64,000 bases of DNA from an uncultured Chromatiales bacterium (GCA_964602805.1 CAZRSJ010000004.1:1604-65603); one strand, 5' to 3'. Numbered from the stretch's first letter, positions 51,401-60,251 are shown. A program made the numbers and translations. The notes: generated from the sequence alone by a model not told the origin.

Positions 51401-52733
51401 GGCGGGTGTGAGCGCTTTCGGGTTGTCGGGGACGAACGCCCATGTCATTGTGGAAGGCTACGACACGTCGCAAGGCGGGTCATCCAAGTCCGACGGGATG
51501 TCCGCCCCCAGGGGGACCGAACAGACTGTCGACATCTCGCTGCCGGAATCCGTCGCAGATTCGCTGCCGGCAACAGGGGAATTCGACCCGCGTGCGGCAA
51601 GAATCCTTCCCCTCTCCGGGAAATCGCATGCAGCACTTGGAGAGTTGGCAGGGGAATACCGGTCATGGCTTGATGATCACGCAGAGGAACTTTCCGAAGA
51701 AGGCGAAACTCCAGACCGATTGCTTGCCGATATGGCATGGACGGCCGGGATGGGGCGAAGTCATTTCACTCACCGCGCAGGCGTGGTGTTCAGCGACGCC
51801 GGATCCCTGAGGGACGGGCTGGAGGCGCTGGTAGAAGCGGGCGAGAAATCGGAGCCGCGAGTGGCGGCGAAGGCCGCGTTCGTGTACACCGGGCAGGACA
51901 GCCAGTGGGTCGGGATGGGAGAAGCGCTGTATCGGAGCGAGCCGGTAATACGGGCGGTGCTGGATCAATGCGATGCCTGGCTTCAGGAAGAACGGGAAGT
52001 TTCGTTGCTGGATGTGGTGTTTGGTCGGGCCGATTCGAAAGAAAGCCTGGACGATCCGGCATGGGCGCAACCGGCTATCTATGCATTGGAATGCGCGCTC
52101 ACGGCATGGTGGCGGAGCACGGGGCTTCGCCCGAGCGCGGTGATTGGCCATGATCTCGGGGAAGTCGCGGCGGCGCAGGCAGCGGGAGTCTTGGGCCTGA
52201 AAGATGGCTTGCGGTTTGCGGCAGCGCGCGGTGCGTTGGTTGAGGCCCCGGATGAATTGGAAACGGCTTTCTCGGATATCGCGATCGCACCGCCATCGAT
52301 TACCCTGGTCAGCGGCACAATGGGCCGGACGGTCGGACCCGACGAAATACTCGATGCAACGTACTGGCGCGAGCAGGCGTGCAAGCCGGCGGAACTCCAG
52401 AAATGCGCCGGGGTGCTGTCGGATTTCGGAATCGATGGGCTGGTGGAGATCGGCCCGCGCGAGGCATTTGGCCCCATGCTCGCTTCCGCCTGGCCGGAGT
52501 CGGCGGGAGATGCCGGGGAGCCCGCGCTGATCCCAAGCCTGTACGAGCCGTCCGGTGACGAGCCGGTGGAGGACATTTACCGGAAATTCTTGGGAGCCGT
52601 GGCAAAGGTGTACGAGGCGGGACTGCCGATTTCCTTCCAAGGCTTGTTCGCGGGAGAAGCACGGCGCCGAATCTCACTGCCGGGCTATCCGTTCCAGCGC
52701 CGCCATCACTGGTTCAAGGCACTGGAGCAATAG
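42405..52733 (+). CDS. type I polyketide synthase, KS-AT-DH-cMT-ER-KR-ACP-KS-AT* (terminal AT degenerate)
   Basis: 3442-aa ORF. Domains called from signature motifs, detailed in the sub-features. KS1 (DAACASS, HGTGT, NVGH). AT1 (GQGSQ, GHSVGE, RAFHS). DH (HPLLG...[15 protein letters not shown]). cMT ([22 protein letters not shown]). ER ([15 protein letters not shown]). KR ([10 protein letters not shown]; [15 protein letters not shown]). ACP (LGMDSLMA). KS2 (DMTCASS, HGTGS, NIGH). AT2 remnant (GQDSQ, GHDLGE). Confidence 0.9.
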   Translation: MAKPDKSPTPSDPQESKRVAGDPPIAVIGMACRFPGAPDIPAFWRLLESGGNSISEGISGAGAERMGELFPGGVVPNEACRFGSFVSDIDQFDASFFRISPAEAQLMDPQQRMMLETSWLALEDAGIDPDRLKGGQTGVYTGISNDEYRMLVLDTTKPTEAAGCLYALSGTNLNGASGRVSFVLGLMGPAKAVDAACASSLVSVHDAVVDLQQGKADLAIAGGVQALLNGRVYELRADAMMLSPDGQCKTFDASANGYVRGEGCGVVILKRLSEAEADGDRIWGVIRSSAVNHGGASVGLTVPNTPALEQVIETALSRAGIPPSEVDYLEAHGTGTTVGDPIEINAVASVYGKEREADHPLLVGSVKTNVGHLESAAGVAGLIKAVLAVERGVIPKHLHFQDPHPGIDWDHLPLQITSSTTDWPRHRGRPRLAGVNSFGISGTNAHIVVEEYDGPSPALDEGYRAAGSAKAVEIPPPATVADLSLPEQEGSGRKSRLLPLSGKSEGALRELAKRYLSWLDDRAEESSESIAMEPLLSDMAWSASVGRSHFDYRAGIVFRDAESLRERLKDLAEADDGVKPGRAAKVAFAYTGQGSQWAGMGQALYEHEPIARAVLDRCEAAFRDARGTSLLDVMFGRDEGEGELEDTAWEQPALYALECALTALWTSLGIRPSVVVGHSVGELAAAQAAGVFSLEDGMRFAATRGALLSGTEPGAMAAVFAPAEQVASEVEAFNASSSNARLSVSGYNGTHQVISGPIEEIEAISKHLESEGIRVKRLNTARAFHSALVEPALDTLEASLEGITIKPPSLTVVSNLTGQAVGPDELLDGTYWRRHAREPVAFARGAETLAELEVNLVLEIGPRSVLAPMAAAAWPESAQAPAVLSSLYPPSGNGKASGSGSDFAEAVSEAYQAGLPIHFPGLFTGETRRRISLPGYPFQRERHWVEASKRRHLAEGHPLLGVRHESANGEITFETEIFPSDPTWLSDHRVFGRLIAPGALYGAMAASASLAEGGRSMVVEDLQLHNPLIFSDEGAGEGEEENGRKVQVVLDAPEQAPSQRVRIFSKGSEEGWVQHIEGRVSPGTSMPEDSARIDVEKLKSDLSPADVSAYYHAKAATGIDLGPFFRTLGKVWSGPGEALGEVSLPESLGRNELDVHPLVLDGCFQVVGVARNMTGAQGEATYLPFGWERLWLAKRLPDRVLCHVRINEAPGQSEEKPGQAPEVLSGELRIYDPDGVLLGALSGYTVKRATRAALLSAVEGVKDLLYEVVWRDCALAQGITSADFFPDPSSVAACTGLFSEYVAAEGVKPEDRNSLLMDLERWSRSYALTNLEKLGWQREAGMTVDPDDLRQRLGVIEDHKRLFRRLFEMLAKSGVLEETEEGFTVVVGPEDPLPDELPDNPEEFHTRMAELYPHGSTEIGLFRRSGGALVEVLRGQEDPLTLLFSSGEPTAADLYLKAPVARAANRLLADAVRTLVAALPEGRRLRVVEVGAGTGSATASVLPELPQGRFDYTYTDISAGFFAEAEARFGDAGGCIEYRPLDIEKDPIAQGFNSHGYDLMIASNVLHATRHLDETLGHCRDLLAPSGQLIALENLHGQGWMDLTFGQLDGWWRFADDYRPHHALASPAVWRQALGNSGFGEVEVLGVDESDAAKMPDKGVIVARGPVEVAEPPGVWVLTASHGDGAAELAGLLAARNQTVVLAGSESSEDGQLAAGGPGVFKAAVEMDQRESWQSLLESLPGEVPFNGVVHLAALDGHGTEAATEEMAEDVKQIGASALALVQGLTDADVTPEKGVWFVTRGAQVLERERGGALAGATLWGFGKVVAQEAAHLQPRMIDLDPAETAFSADFLNELLYPDPENHIAYRSGDRLVARLVRFGTEAERLVLPEESDWVLSPDPGGIFEKPEIKLLPERTLEPKEVRVTVEATGLNFWDVFRSLGFIEEGNLGRELCGHVLEVGSDVSTVSAGDRVVGLGFGAFGPEMITREELVAPAPSGVSVSGLATIPSAFVSAALSYELSGLEAGDRVLIHAGAGGVGLAAIQLANAAGAEVFATASAPKQAYLRSLGVEHVFDSRQTAFGKEILEATDGAGVDVVLNCLTSEGFIDASLSCLAKGGRFVELARRDILSKDEMAAVRPDVAYDILELDVLKKTDPAWVGRVLDGVMEQFSTGKLAPIVHSRWPLAEAGAALRFMRSARHLGKIVLTPPALMRGQLRQDRTYLVTGGLGGIGCAVAEWLAGQGAGAIVLNGRRDPDAAAEETISALRERGITVQVELADVLDVAAVDQMLARIDQELPPLGGVIHSVGVLSDAALTNQSWESFETVLWPKILGAWHLHRATMNRDLDLFVLFSSRVGVMGNPGQANHAAANAFLDQLAGHRRALGLPGQAIAWGAWSEIGEAAEQRERIERRRAALGGRWFTPQQGIKALENLVRQDTTTSVVMAMDWAVFEEATGTRPPLLEDLLSVASDLETEASAPSGDLLSQLRGAPAAAHEGLLVSFLQQEVQAVLRLPTAPAPTVGFFDLGMDSLMAVELRNRLNRAFSEEYTASNTVVFDYPDITTLAGHLAEEVGDIGGAPAPQAQPEPEPERQPIEQREDDDIAIVGMACRFPGAPDLSSFWRVLEAGEDTVTDGRQDSDFWGDLGEDFRTKYAAYRRGGFVEGLDKFDARFFGIRPIEARTMDPRQRLLLETSWQALEDAGMDPDLLKGSQTGVYVGLGGSEYRDLVAALGEDDNYIGTAGSVAAGRISYALGFMGPAIPLDMTCASSLVAVHQAVASLQRGEVDLALAGGANVVLSPSVTKFMADFGMLSASGRCGVFDAAADGFVRGEGCGIVVLKRLSKAEADGDRIWGVIRGSAVNQNGASAGISAPSGTAQEQVLGEALAQTGIPPSEVDYLEAHGTGSEMGDPIEVSAAAAVYGKGREADRPLLIGSVKPNIGHLEWAAGVSALIKVVLAMQQGKIPKQLHLQNPSPQVDWDQLPVRVASETIDWPLDPDRPPRAGVSAFGLSGTNAHVIVEGYDTSQGGSSKSDGMSAPRGTEQTVDISLPESVADSLPATGEFDPRAARILPLSGKSHAALGELAGEYRSWLDDHAEELSEEGETPDRLLADMAWTAGMGRSHFTHRAGVVFSDAGSLRDGLEALVEAGEKSEPRVAAKAAFVYTGQDSQWVGMGEALYRSEPVIRAVLDQCDAWLQEEREVSLLDVVFGRADSKESLDDPAWAQPAIYALECALTAWWRSTGLRPSAVIGHDLGEVAAAQAAGVLGLKDGLRFAAARGALVEAPDELETAFSDIAIAPPSITLVSGTMGRTVGPDEILDATYWREQACKPAELQKCAGVLSDFGIDGLVEIGPREAFGPMLASAWPESAGDAGEPALIPSLYEPSGDEPVEDIYRKFLGAVAKVYEAGLPISFQGLFAGEARRRISLPGYPFQRRHHWFKALEQ
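42470..43760 (+). other. PKS domain: ketosynthase 1
   Basis: Active-site Cys codon at 42993 (DAACASS). HGTGT and KTNVGHLE motifs present. Confidence 0.8.
44150..45170 (+). other. PKS domain: acyltransferase 1 (malonyl-type motifs)
   Basis: GHSVGE with the Ser codon at 44439. RAFHS (the HAFH-type motif usually associated with malonyl-CoA). Confidence 0.75.
45250..46100 (+). other. PKS domain: dehydratase
   Basis: HPLLGVRH (HxxxGxxxxP region) and [17 protein letters not shown] (DxxxQ/H region). Confidence 0.65.
46700..47250 (+). other. PKS domain: C-methyltransferase (class I SAM MTase)
   Basis: Motif [10 protein letters not shown], motif [15 protein letters not shown], motif [15 protein letters not shown]. 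Confidence 0.7.
48100..49030 (+). other. PKS domain: enoylreductase (MDR family)
   Basis: NADPH-binding [17 protein letters not shown]. Confidence 0.7.
49050..49620 (+). other. PKS domain: ketoreductase (catalytic Tyr position occupied by His)
   Basis: Rossmann motif [11 protein letters not shown]. The catalytic-region reads [22 protein letters not shown] where KRs normally have QxNYAAAN. The His codon is CAC at 49500. Confidence 0.65.
49900..50100 (+). other. PKS domain: acyl carrier protein
   Basis: [16 protein letters not shown]. Ser codon at 49989. Confidence 0.75.
50190..51470 (+). other. PKS domain: ketosynthase 2
   Basis: DMTCASS (Cys codon at 50673). HGTGSEMGD and KPNIGHLE present. 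Confidence 0.8.
51860..52733 (+). other. PKS domain: truncated, probably inactive acyltransferase-like remnant (AT*)
   Basis: GQDSQ instead of GQGSQ. GHDLGE instead of GHSxG, with the Asp codon GAT at 52152. The segment that carries the xAFHS specificity motif in AT1 is missing. The ORF ends with a post-AT linker homologous to the one after AT1 ([14 protein letters not shown]). Confidence 0.65.
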
Positions 52734-52798
52734 GCTGCCCTTGCGTTGTCCCGCAGGGGCGTTTTGCCGCGAAAAGCCCATTTGCTAAAATTCGGATC

Positions 52799-53179
52799 AT
52801 GAAACTGACTTTCCTCCGTGCCCGCCTGCATCAGGCAACGGTAACCCATGTCGAGCCGGACTACGATGGTTCGTGCGCGATTGATGGCGAGTTGCTGGAA
52901 GCGGCCGGCATCAGCGAGTACGAGCAGATCGACCTGTACAACATTACCAATGGGGAACGGCTGACGACCTATGCCATCCAGGCCCGCCACGGCAGCCGAA
53001 TCATTTCGGTGAATGGCGCGGCGGCGCACAAGGCGTCGCCGGGGGATCAGGTCATCATTGCCGCCTACGCGCAACTGGAACCGGAGGAAGTGGCGGACTT
53101 CAAGCCCGTTCTGGTGTATCTGGGCGAAGGCAACCGCATCGAGCGCATCACCCACAAGATTCCGGTCCAGGCGGCCTGA
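52799..53179 (+). CDS. panD: aspartate 1-decarboxylase (pyruvoyl-dependent)
   Basis: 126 aa with the [19 protein letters not shown]-type N-terminus and the GSCAID self-processing site. Confidence 0.9.
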   Translation: MKLTFLRARLHQATVTHVEPDYDGSCAIDGELLEAAGISEYEQIDLYNITNGERLTTYAIQARHGSRIISVNGAAAHKASPGDQVIIAAYAQLEPEEVADFKPVLVYLGEGNRIERITHKIPVQAA

Positions 53180-53180
53180 G

Positions 53181-56006
53181 TCAACCAGTATTTCGCATTC
53201 CCGCCGCGATCGCGCTGATCGATCGCGCCACGGCATCCTGGTAAGGATCGGGGTCGGAGGCTTCGCGCATACGGCGCAGTAGGCTGAGCTGGATCGCGTT
53301 GAGGGGATCCAGGTAGGGTTTCCGGCGGCTCAATGACCGGCGCAAGACTTCCTGCGTTTCCAGAAGTTCTTTGGATTTTGTCACCCGCAGAACAAGCTTG
53401 CGAGTAAGCTGGTATTCTTTCTTGATTCGCTTGTAAATCCGTTCGGCGTCGTCTGGATTCTGGCTCAGTTGCATGTACTGCTGCGCGGTCGGCATGTCGG
53501 CCTTGACGAGCGCCATCTGGATGTTCTGCATCAGGGTCTGGAAGAAAGGCCAACGCTCGTACATGAGGCGAATTTGCTTAAGTCCGGTGCGCGGATGCGC
53601 CTCCAAGTAGGACTCGAGCGCGGTGCCGATGCCGTACCAGGCGGGCAGGGTATGCCGCGAGAGGGACCAGCCGAACACCCAGGGGATGGCGCGGATGGAA
53701 TCCATCGAGCGGTCCACCGCGCGGCGGTGCGAAGGCCGCGAGCCGATGTTGATGTTGCCGATCTCCTGCACCGGGGTGACCTCGTAGAAGTAGTCTAGGA
53801 ATCCCGGAACCCCGATCAGTTCCCGATAAGCCCGTTCGCCGTCTTCGGCAAGCTTTTCCATGATCCTGAGATCATCGGCGTATTCATGGGCCAGTTTGTG
53901 GAACAGCAGGTGGCGGGAGGCTACGATCAGCCCGGTCACGCCCATGGTCAGTTCGTACACGGCGGTCTCCAGGTTGGAGTACTTGTGCGACAGCACTTCG
54001 CCCTGCTCGGTCAGCTTGATGGCGCCACGCACCGTGCCGGGCGGCTGCGCCGTAATGGCCTCGTAGGCCGGCCCCCCGCCTCGCCCGACGGTCCCGCCGC
54101 GGCCATGGAAAAGCCGGAACTGCACTCCACGGCGCCTGGAGACCTCGTGAATCTGCTTTTGCGCCTGGTACAGGTTCCACGCGGAAGCCAAGATGCCGCC
54201 ATCCTTGCAGGAGTCGGAATAGCCCAGCATGATGTCCTGCACGCCGCCTGATGCATTGAGCAACGGGCGGTAGACAGGATCCTGGAACAGTCGATTCAGG
54301 ATACTTGGCGCCCTGCGCAGGTCCTCGATCGTCTCGAACAACGGGCAGACCTGCAACAGGCAGAAGTGGTTTTTCCCGTGGCCTCCGGCCAGGCCGGCCA
54401 GCCCTCCCAGGAACAACACCTCCAGAACATGGCTGGCCTCGTGGGTCATGGAAATGACGTACTGGCCGAAGATTTTCGGGCTGGTTCGTTTCGGCACTTC
54501 CCGCACGAGGTCGAACACGGCCAGGGTTTCGCGCGTGGCGGCGGACAGTTCCCTGCGGTCCAAGGAGGCCGGTCCGTCCATCTCCTTGAGATGCTTTCGC
54601 AGGGCTTGGACGCGCCCGGCTTCGGTCAGGTTGGCGTAGTCGGTCCCATCCATGGCCTGCATGATTTCGCCGACCGCCTCCGTGTGGCGCGGAGATTCCT
54701 GGCGGAGATCGAGTCGCGCAAGGTAGAAGCCGAATGTCTCTACCAACCGGATCAGGTCGGTCAATTCTCCGTCCGCGATGCGGCCGTCACCCTGCTCGAC
54801 CAGCGAGTCGTAGATCAATCGCAGGTCGTCTAGGAACTGGCTCTCGTCCTGGTAGCTGTCCGAACTGTGCCAGGATCGGCCCGCTAGGTGATCGAGCCGA
54901 TGCTGCAGCCGGTACAGGATGACTTCCAGCTTGCAGCGGTACGGTTCGGTCTCGAACAGTGAAATGCTTCGGTTGCGCACCCGGTCCAGCAGCTTGCGGT
55001 CAGCCTCCAGGCTGGTGCGCATGCGGTCGGGCAGGTCGATCAGGTGGGAGGAATGGCTGAGGATGCTTTCCAGTTTGCGAACGCGCCGGATGTATTCGAC
55101 GAGGATGGTGCGCGCCTGCATCCGGCAGGCTTCCCGGGTCACGCGTGCGGTGACGTGGGGGTTGCCGTCGCGGTCGCCACCGATCCAGGAGCCGAACTGG
55201 ATGATGCTCGGGAGCGTGCGGGGCGAATCCGGGTAGGTCCGGCGCCAGGTGCGCTGCAGGTTGCGGTACAGGATCGGAATCGCCTCGAACAGGGATTTTT
55301 CGAAATAATGCAGGCCGTTCTTGACTTCGGTCTGCACGGTCGGCTTGCCCGGACGAACCTCGTCGGTCTTCCACAGCAACTGGATTTCCGCCAACAAGCG
55401 CTCTCTAGCTTCGTCGCGCTCCATCTGGCTCAAGGCCGGGTCGTCCGAGGATTGCAGCAGGATAAAGATCCGCCGCAAGGCTTCTTGCATGATGCGGCGC
55501 TTCGCCTCGGTCGGATGGGCGGTGAAGACCGGCATGTAATTCGTCTGAAGCAACAGTTTTTCGGCTTTGGCGGCGCTGAAGCCCTGTTTCTTGAGTGTGC
55601 GCAGGGTCGCATCGAACGAGCCCGTCCACAGTGCCGTGCCGGCGCGCAGGTATCGGTGGCGCCGATCCTGGAGCGCCGTCTCTTCGGCGACGTTGACCAG
55701 GCTGAAGTAGGTGGAGAATGCCCGGATGACCTGGCTGGTGAGGTCTTGATCCAGTTGGTCGATCAGGCGGATCAGGCGGACGCGCCGTTTCGTGTCCTCT
55801 TCGCGTTGCAGGCGGATGTAGCCCCGGCGTAGACGCTCCACGATCTGGAACACTTGGGGTGGGGCGTGCTCTTGGAGCACGAGGCCGAGCAGGCGACCCA
55901 GCAGTTTGACCCGCTGTCGTAACTTGCGGTCAGTGGCATCGCCTATCGACGGCTTGTGTGTGGCCGCGCTAGGCATAGGAGTGACAAGTGGAGGCGATGT
56001 GCCCAT
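53181..56006 (-). CDS. ppc: phosphoenolpyruvate carboxylase (second, canonical-type copy)
   Basis: PEPC motifs VFTAHPTEAKRR, FGSWIGGDRDGNPHVT, FHGRGGTVGRGGGPA, and the canonical C-terminus AIAAGMRNTG. The longest ORF has a GTG at 56114, but that reading overlaps the AbiEii gene. Start is uncertain; internal ATGs lie at 56006 and 55976. Confidence 0.85.
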   Translation of the reverse strand: MGTSPPLVTPMPSAATHKPSIGDATDRKLRQRVKLLGRLLGLVLQEHAPPQVFQIVERLRRGYIRLQREEDTKRRVRLIRLIDQLDQDLTSQVIRAFSTYFSLVNVAEETALQDRRHRYLRAGTALWTGSFDATLRTLKKQGFSAAKAEKLLLQTNYMPVFTAHPTEAKRRIMQEALRRIFILLQSSDDPALSQMERDEARERLLAEIQLLWKTDEVRPGKPTVQTEVKNGLHYFEKSLFEAIPILYRNLQRTWRRTYPDSPRTLPSIIQFGSWIGGDRDGNPHVTARVTREACRMQARTILVEYIRRVRKLESILSHSSHLIDLPDRMRTSLEADRKLLDRVRNRSISLFETEPYRCKLEVILYRLQHRLDHLAGRSWHSSDSYQDESQFLDDLRLIYDSLVEQGDGRIADGELTDLIRLVETFGFYLARLDLRQESPRHTEAVGEIMQAMDGTDYANLTEAGRVQALRKHLKEMDGPASLDRRELSAATRETLAVFDLVREVPKRTSPKIFGQYVISMTHEASHVLEVLFLGGLAGLAGGHGKNHFCLLQVCPLFETIEDLRRAPSILNRLFQDPVYRPLLNASGGVQDIMLGYSDSCKDGGILASAWNLYQAQKQIHEVSRRRGVQFRLFHGRGGTVGRGGGPAYEAITAQPPGTVRGAIKLTEQGEVLSHKYSNLETAVYELTMGVTGLIVASRHLLFHKLAHEYADDLRIMEKLAEDGERAYRELIGVPGFLDYFYEVTPVQEIGNINIGSRPSHRRAVDRSMDSIRAIPWVFGWSLSRHTLPAWYGIGTALESYLEAHPRTGLKQIRLMYERWPFFQTLMQNIQMALVKADMPTAQQYMQLSQNPDDAERIYKRIKKEYQLTRKLVLRVTKSKELLETQEVLRRSLSRRKPYLDPLNAIQLSLLRRMREASDPDPYQDAVARSISAIAAGMRNTG

Positions 56007-56073
56007 TATACCGGGCTGGTCCGAGCCCCGATCGTGCCGAAACAGCCCCGGATTCAAGGGGCCAGCAGAGGGT

Positions 56074-57099
56074 TCAGATGGCTTGTGCGTTGGCTCGGGC
56101 CTGAAGGTCGGCACATCGTTCGACCAATTCCCCGAACGGAATCTCGTCGCCGAACAGCATGCCTCCGTGGATCATGTTGGCGTAATCCTGTGCAAGAACC
56201 TCGAGCGCGGAGCCGGTCGGGACAAGTTCCAGGCCGCCTGAAACTGCTGCTTCATAATCGATCCAGTTCCCCGCGGTGTCTTTCTCCCGGAAGAAGGTTG
56301 CCTTGTGGCGCGCGACCGAAAGCGCAAGTGCCCGGTCGGCCAAGGCGTTTTCGGCAATACCGGCATCATCGAGACGCACCAGGTCGTGCCAGTGGCGCGC
56401 AAGGCGGTCTCCTCGGAAGTGTTTTCGTTCGCAGAACACGTGCATGGCGGTCGCCTTCTCCCAAAAGGTCCGCTCTGCCAGCATGACGGCGGGGCGGGTC
56501 GACGGGAACTCCACATCGGGCAATTGTGCGGCCGCATTGCACTGCACGGGGTGAACTGCATATGGTTCCCCGGTCGAACGCGCGCCGAATTCCAACACAA
56601 CCGTGGGTTCCACAAAAACGTAGTCGTGGGGGAATACGGGTTCATAGTCAACCAGGATGCGGTTGCCTTCGACCCGGCATCTGGCAAATGATTCCCTCTG
56701 GGAAAGTTCTTTTTCGATGGTTGGCAGGACTTGTTCGCAGACCCGCTCGGCGAGCCGCGACCGAATTCTGTCTGTCCAGCGCTTCTCTTGGCTGCGCGTG
56801 GGTGGAATCGGGTCACCGTTTCCCTCCCCGACCCATTCCGGGATGATGGCGCGGATGCTGTAGGTAATGTCGATGTCTTCGGAAAATCGGCGGATTACCT
56901 GGTAGGCCTTGGATAACGAAGTGCCCCCTTTAAAGACCAGGTCCTCGTGAAACGGTGCATCGAACAGGGCGCGTAGCGTGTCGACCACCCAGGTGTCTTT
57001 TTCCAAGAGATACGCCGAACATCCGGTCAGTCGCTCGGAAAATTTCAGGAGTTCACGCTGGTCATCATTTGGCAAGAGACAGAAAGGGATTCTAGGCAT
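56074..57099 (-). CDS. nucleotidyltransferase AbiEii/AbiGii toxin family protein (DUF1814)
   Basis: 341 aa with the family hallmark LVFKGGTSLSKAY...IRRFSEDIDI (nucleotidyltransferase GS and [DE]xD motifs). It overlaps the upstream antitoxin-like gene by 8 bp. Confidence 0.75.
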   Translation of the reverse strand: MPRIPFCLLPNDDQRELLKFSERLTGCSAYLLEKDTWVVDTLRALFDAPFHEDLVFKGGTSLSKAYQVIRRFSEDIDITYSIRAIIPEWVGEGNGDPIPPTRSQEKRWTDRIRSRLAERVCEQVLPTIEKELSQRESFARCRVEGNRILVDYEPVFPHDYVFVEPTVVLEFGARSTGEPYAVHPVQCNAAAQLPDVEFPSTRPAVMLAERTFWEKATAMHVFCERKHFRGDRLARHWHDLVRLDDAGIAENALADRALALSVARHKATFFREKDTAGNWIDYEAAVSGGLELVPTGSALEVLAQDYANMIHGGMLFGDEIPFGELVERCADLQARANAQAI

Positions 57100-57688
57100 T
57101 GGCCACGACCTCGCTGACAGCTTGGGCTATCCAACCCGGGAGAACAGCTCGGATCTCGAGCAATTCGGCCCGATCTTCTGCCGAGAGTTTGGGCATGACT
57201 TTCCGGAGCGCGTCTCCGGCTTCTTCCGGGTACAGCCAAGACAAAGCCCGGATGACCATGCCTGCCGGACGGTTTGGTGCGACGAGTTGCCAGCGTGGGG
57301 CGTGGCGCAACAACAATTTCAACTTTTCCAGTCGAAGTTCGCGATCAGGCCCGGAGGTGAAATAAATGGGCTGAACAGGGTTCTGGGTCGTCAAACCGAG
57401 AACGCTGGCGGCTCCGCCACCGCAGGGGACGATTGTTTCCCCCCACAGACCCGAAAGGGATTCAATCACTTTATGGGCATAAGGCAGGCGTACTCCAAAG
57501 TGGGTTTCCACGAAGCACATGTACACGCCTTGGCAGATCCGCAACAGTTCTCCCGACTTGGCCAGGCGCGACAACGCCTGGTCGACTGCTGCCCGGTTGC
57601 CCAGATGCAGCAAGGCGCCGGCACACAACGGGGTCGCTTCGGGCATGGCTTGCGCATGTTCCATGATGCGTTTTGGCAAGCTTGCCAT
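57092..57688 (-). CDS. AbiEi-family antitoxin-like protein (type IV TA, DUF6088-like)
   Basis: 198 aa. The N-terminal segment LGNRAAVDQALSRLAKSGELLRICQGVY matches the conserved wHTH motif of DUF6088/AbiEi proteins that pair with DUF1814 toxins. Gene order (antitoxin then toxin) and the overlap fit AbiE operons. Confidence 0.6.
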   Translation of the reverse strand: MASLPKRIMEHAQAMPEATPLCAGALLHLGNRAAVDQALSRLAKSGELLRICQGVYMCFVETHFGVRLPYAHKVIESLSGLWGETIVPCGGGAASVLGLTTQNPVQPIYFTSGPDRELRLEKLKLLLRHAPRWQLVAPNRPAGMVIRALSWLYPEEAGDALRKVMPKLSAEDRAELLEIRAVLPGWIAQAVSEVVANA

Positions 57689-57930
57689 GATTTTCCTCTA
57701 AAAATGTCAGAAATTCATCAAAAATTCTAACATATTTCGTCACCCATTTCCAGGCAAGGCGGGAATCAGCCCGGTTTATAAGCCTGATCCCAGGCGTTTT
57801 ACTGCCTGCATGGTTGCAAGACTGCCGGACGTCACTTCGGTCCAACCCAAGTAGAATAAAGGGCTCTGCCGCCGGGCGTCGATTTCGCAAGGTCTTCGCC
57901 CAGGCCCATTAATTTCCCGGAAGAGAACCC

Positions 57931-59475
57931 ATGCCTCAGACCGACCCGGAATCCCTCCTCCGCCATGCGGAGCGCCTGCGGGAAACCCCGCTTCGGGCCC
58001 TGTTCGCAGAAGGTCGGAACCGTTCTTTCCTGTGCCGCGATATCGAGGGGATCCATGTGGATGCTTCGCGCCAGCGGCTGGATGCCGAGGCCTGGGCAGA
58101 CTTGCTGCGTGTGGCGGAGCGAGTGGAACCGGCCCGCTCCGATCTCTTCGCCGGCGCGCCGGTGAACGCGACGGAAAACCGTCCGGTCCTGCACCCCGCC
58201 CTGCGCCACCCGCGCCCGGAAGGCCTGGTCGTGGAGGGGGTTGATGTCCTGGCCGAAGCCCACCGGCAGCGTCAGCGGATGCGCGAATTCGCCCGGACCT
58301 GCGCGGCCCACTGGAAGACGGTGGTCAATCTGGGCATCGGGGGTTCGGACCTGGGCCCGCGGATGTTGTGCGAGACGTTTCCCCAAGCACCCGGTGCGCC
58401 GGATGTCCACTTCGCATCCACGCTGGATCCTGAAGAGCTGAATGCCGTGCTGCATGGTTGCGATGCGAGCCAGACCTTCTTCATCGTCGCCTCCAAGACG
58501 TTCACCACCGAAGAAACCCAGCGAAATTTTTCGGCGGCCAAACAGTGGCTCGCGGAACAGGGGGTGGGATCCGGGGAGGTGATGGAGCATTTTGCGGCAA
58601 CCACGGCCGCTGCCGACCGCGCGCAGGAATGCGGCATTGACACGCAGCGGATATTCCCGTTCTGGGAAGGGGTTGGCGGTCGTTACTCGGTCTGGTCGAC
58701 GGTCGGCCTGCCGGTCGTGCTGCACGCCGGCTGGGATGCGTTCGAACAATTGCTTGCAGGCGCCCACGCGGTGGACGAACACTTCAGAGAGGTGGAGGCG
58801 GAATCCAACGTCCCCTTGCTGCTGGCATTGCTGATGCTCTGGAACCACACGTTCCTGGGTGCGGCGACGCGGGTGGTTCTTCCGTACAACTATCGCCTGC
58901 GCACCTTGCCGAGGTTCCTGCAGCAGCTGCAGATGGAGAGCCTGGGCAAACGTGCGGACACGCACGGCGAATTGCAGGAGGTTGCGGCGCCGGTCGTGTG
59001 GGGCGGTTCCGCCAATGATGGCGCCCATGCGTTCTTCCAACTGTTGCACCAGGGGTCTCAGGTCGTGCCGGTGGACGCGATCATCGCGCGGGGTGATCTG
59101 GAAAATGAACGTGAGCGGGCGTTGCTGGCCCAGTGCTTGTCCCAGTTGGACCTGTTGGCTTCAGGACGGACTTTCGAGGAAGTGGGGCCGGCCGCCGGGG
59201 TGGCACCCGGGCACTACGTGCATCCCGGAGATCGGCCAAGCACGCTGTTCCTGATGGAGGATCTGAGCCCGCGGCGGGTCGGGGCGCTACTGGCGTTGTT
59301 CGAGCATGTGACGTTTTCGGTGGCCGCGTTCTGGGGGATCAACGCTTTCGATCAGTTCGGGGTGGAATACGGCAAGCGCCTGTCACGCTCCTTGGCGGAG
59401 GCATTGCAGGAAGAGTCGGTGCCGGCCCCCGGGCACACCCTGGATGCCCTCCTCGACCGATTGCGGAACCGGTAG
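57931..59475 (+). CDS. pgi: glucose-6-phosphate isomerase
   Basis: Pgi motifs (NLGIGGSDLGPRM, FIVASKTFTTEET) at the usual ~510-aa length. Confidence 0.9.
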   Translation: MPQTDPESLLRHAERLRETPLRALFAEGRNRSFLCRDIEGIHVDASRQRLDAEAWADLLRVAERVEPARSDLFAGAPVNATENRPVLHPALRHPRPEGLVVEGVDVLAEAHRQRQRMREFARTCAAHWKTVVNLGIGGSDLGPRMLCETFPQAPGAPDVHFASTLDPEELNAVLHGCDASQTFFIVASKTFTTEETQRNFSAAKQWLAEQGVGSGEVMEHFAATTAAADRAQECGIDTQRIFPFWEGVGGRYSVWSTVGLPVVLHAGWDAFEQLLAGAHAVDEHFREVEAESNVPLLLALLMLWNHTFLGAATRVVLPYNYRLRTLPRFLQQLQMESLGKRADTHGELQEVAAPVVWGGSANDGAHAFFQLLHQGSQVVPVDAIIARGDLENERERALLAQCLSQLDLLASGRTFEEVGPAAGVAPGHYVHPGDRPSTLFLMEDLSPRRVGALLALFEHVTFSVAAFWGINAFDQFGVEYGKRLSRSLAEALQEESVPAPGHTLDALLDRLRNR

Positions 59476-60251
59476 TGCGCTATCTGCTGTTCAGCGACGT
59501 CGATGGGACGATGCTCGACGTCGAGACGTATCGCTGGGAGGAGGCGTTGCCCGGAATCGAGTGCGCCCGCAAGCATGGCGTGCCGATTATCTTCAACACC
59601 AGCAAGACCGAGCAAGAGACCTTTCAGTTGGGGGAGGAACTCGGGATTCACGCGCCGTTTTCGATTGAAAACGGGGGTGCGGTGTACGTGCCGCCCGGGA
59701 CTTTCGATGACGGCGAGGCGGAAGGGTTGATTCCGTTTGGCGCTCCCCATCCGGCGATCCGGACCGCCTTGGACGGATTGTCTGCCTCGTTCCACTTTCA
59801 GGGGATTTCCGACATGAGCGAGGAAGAGGTGGAAGCCGCCTGCGGCTTGCCGCCCGGCTCGGTGGCGGCGGCCCGGGAGAGACGCTTCAGCGAGCCGCTG
59901 GTCTGGCGCGACGACCCGGGGCGCCTCGACGAATTTGCGGAAAGCCTGCGCCCGCATGGCCTGATCCTCAAGCGCGGAGACCGTTTCGTGCACGTCATGG
60001 GGGACACCGACAAGCGGGTTGCGCTGGAGCACCTGGTGCCGCGTTATCGGCGGCGGCATCCGGAAGCGGTCAGCGTGGCGCTTGGCAACGGGCCGAACGA
60101 CCTGGGCATGATGTCGGCAGCGGATATTGCGGTGGTCATCAACAACCCCGGCGGGCGCAACATACAATATCCCGATGCGCGCGTCCCGGAGGGGACCGGA
60201 CCGGCGGCCTGGTCGCGCGCGGTTCAGACGCTGCTGGAGGGCCGGCCATGA
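59475..60251 (+). CDS. HAD-IIB phosphatase, mannosyl-/glucosyl-3-phosphoglycerate phosphatase-like
   Basis: HAD motif I (LLFSDVDGTMLD), a motif II Ser/Thr (FNTSKT) and motif IV (GNGPNDLGMM). GTG start overlapping the pgi stop. Precedes a GpgS/MpgS-like synthase. Confidence 0.6.
   Translation: MRYLLFSDVDGTMLDVETYRWEEALPGIECARKHGVPIIFNTSKTEQETFQLGEELGIHAPFSIENGGAVYVPPGTFDDGEAEGLIPFGAPHPAIRTALDGLSASFHFQGISDMSEEEVEAACGLPPGSVAAARERRFSEPLVWRDDPGRLDEFAESLRPHGLILKRGDRFVHVMGDTDKRVALEHLVPRYRRRHPEAVSVALGNGPNDLGMMSAADIAVVINNPGGRNIQYPDARVPEGTGPAAWSRAVQTLLEGRP

Noticed and set aside
42443-52677. Numerous minus-strand and off-frame ORFs across the PKS gene (e.g. 45786-48269 at 827 aa, 51663-52640 at 325 aa).
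   Set aside because: The plus-strand frame carries a continuous, ordered set of PKS domain motifs over 10.3 kb. The alternative frames are low-complexity and interrupted.
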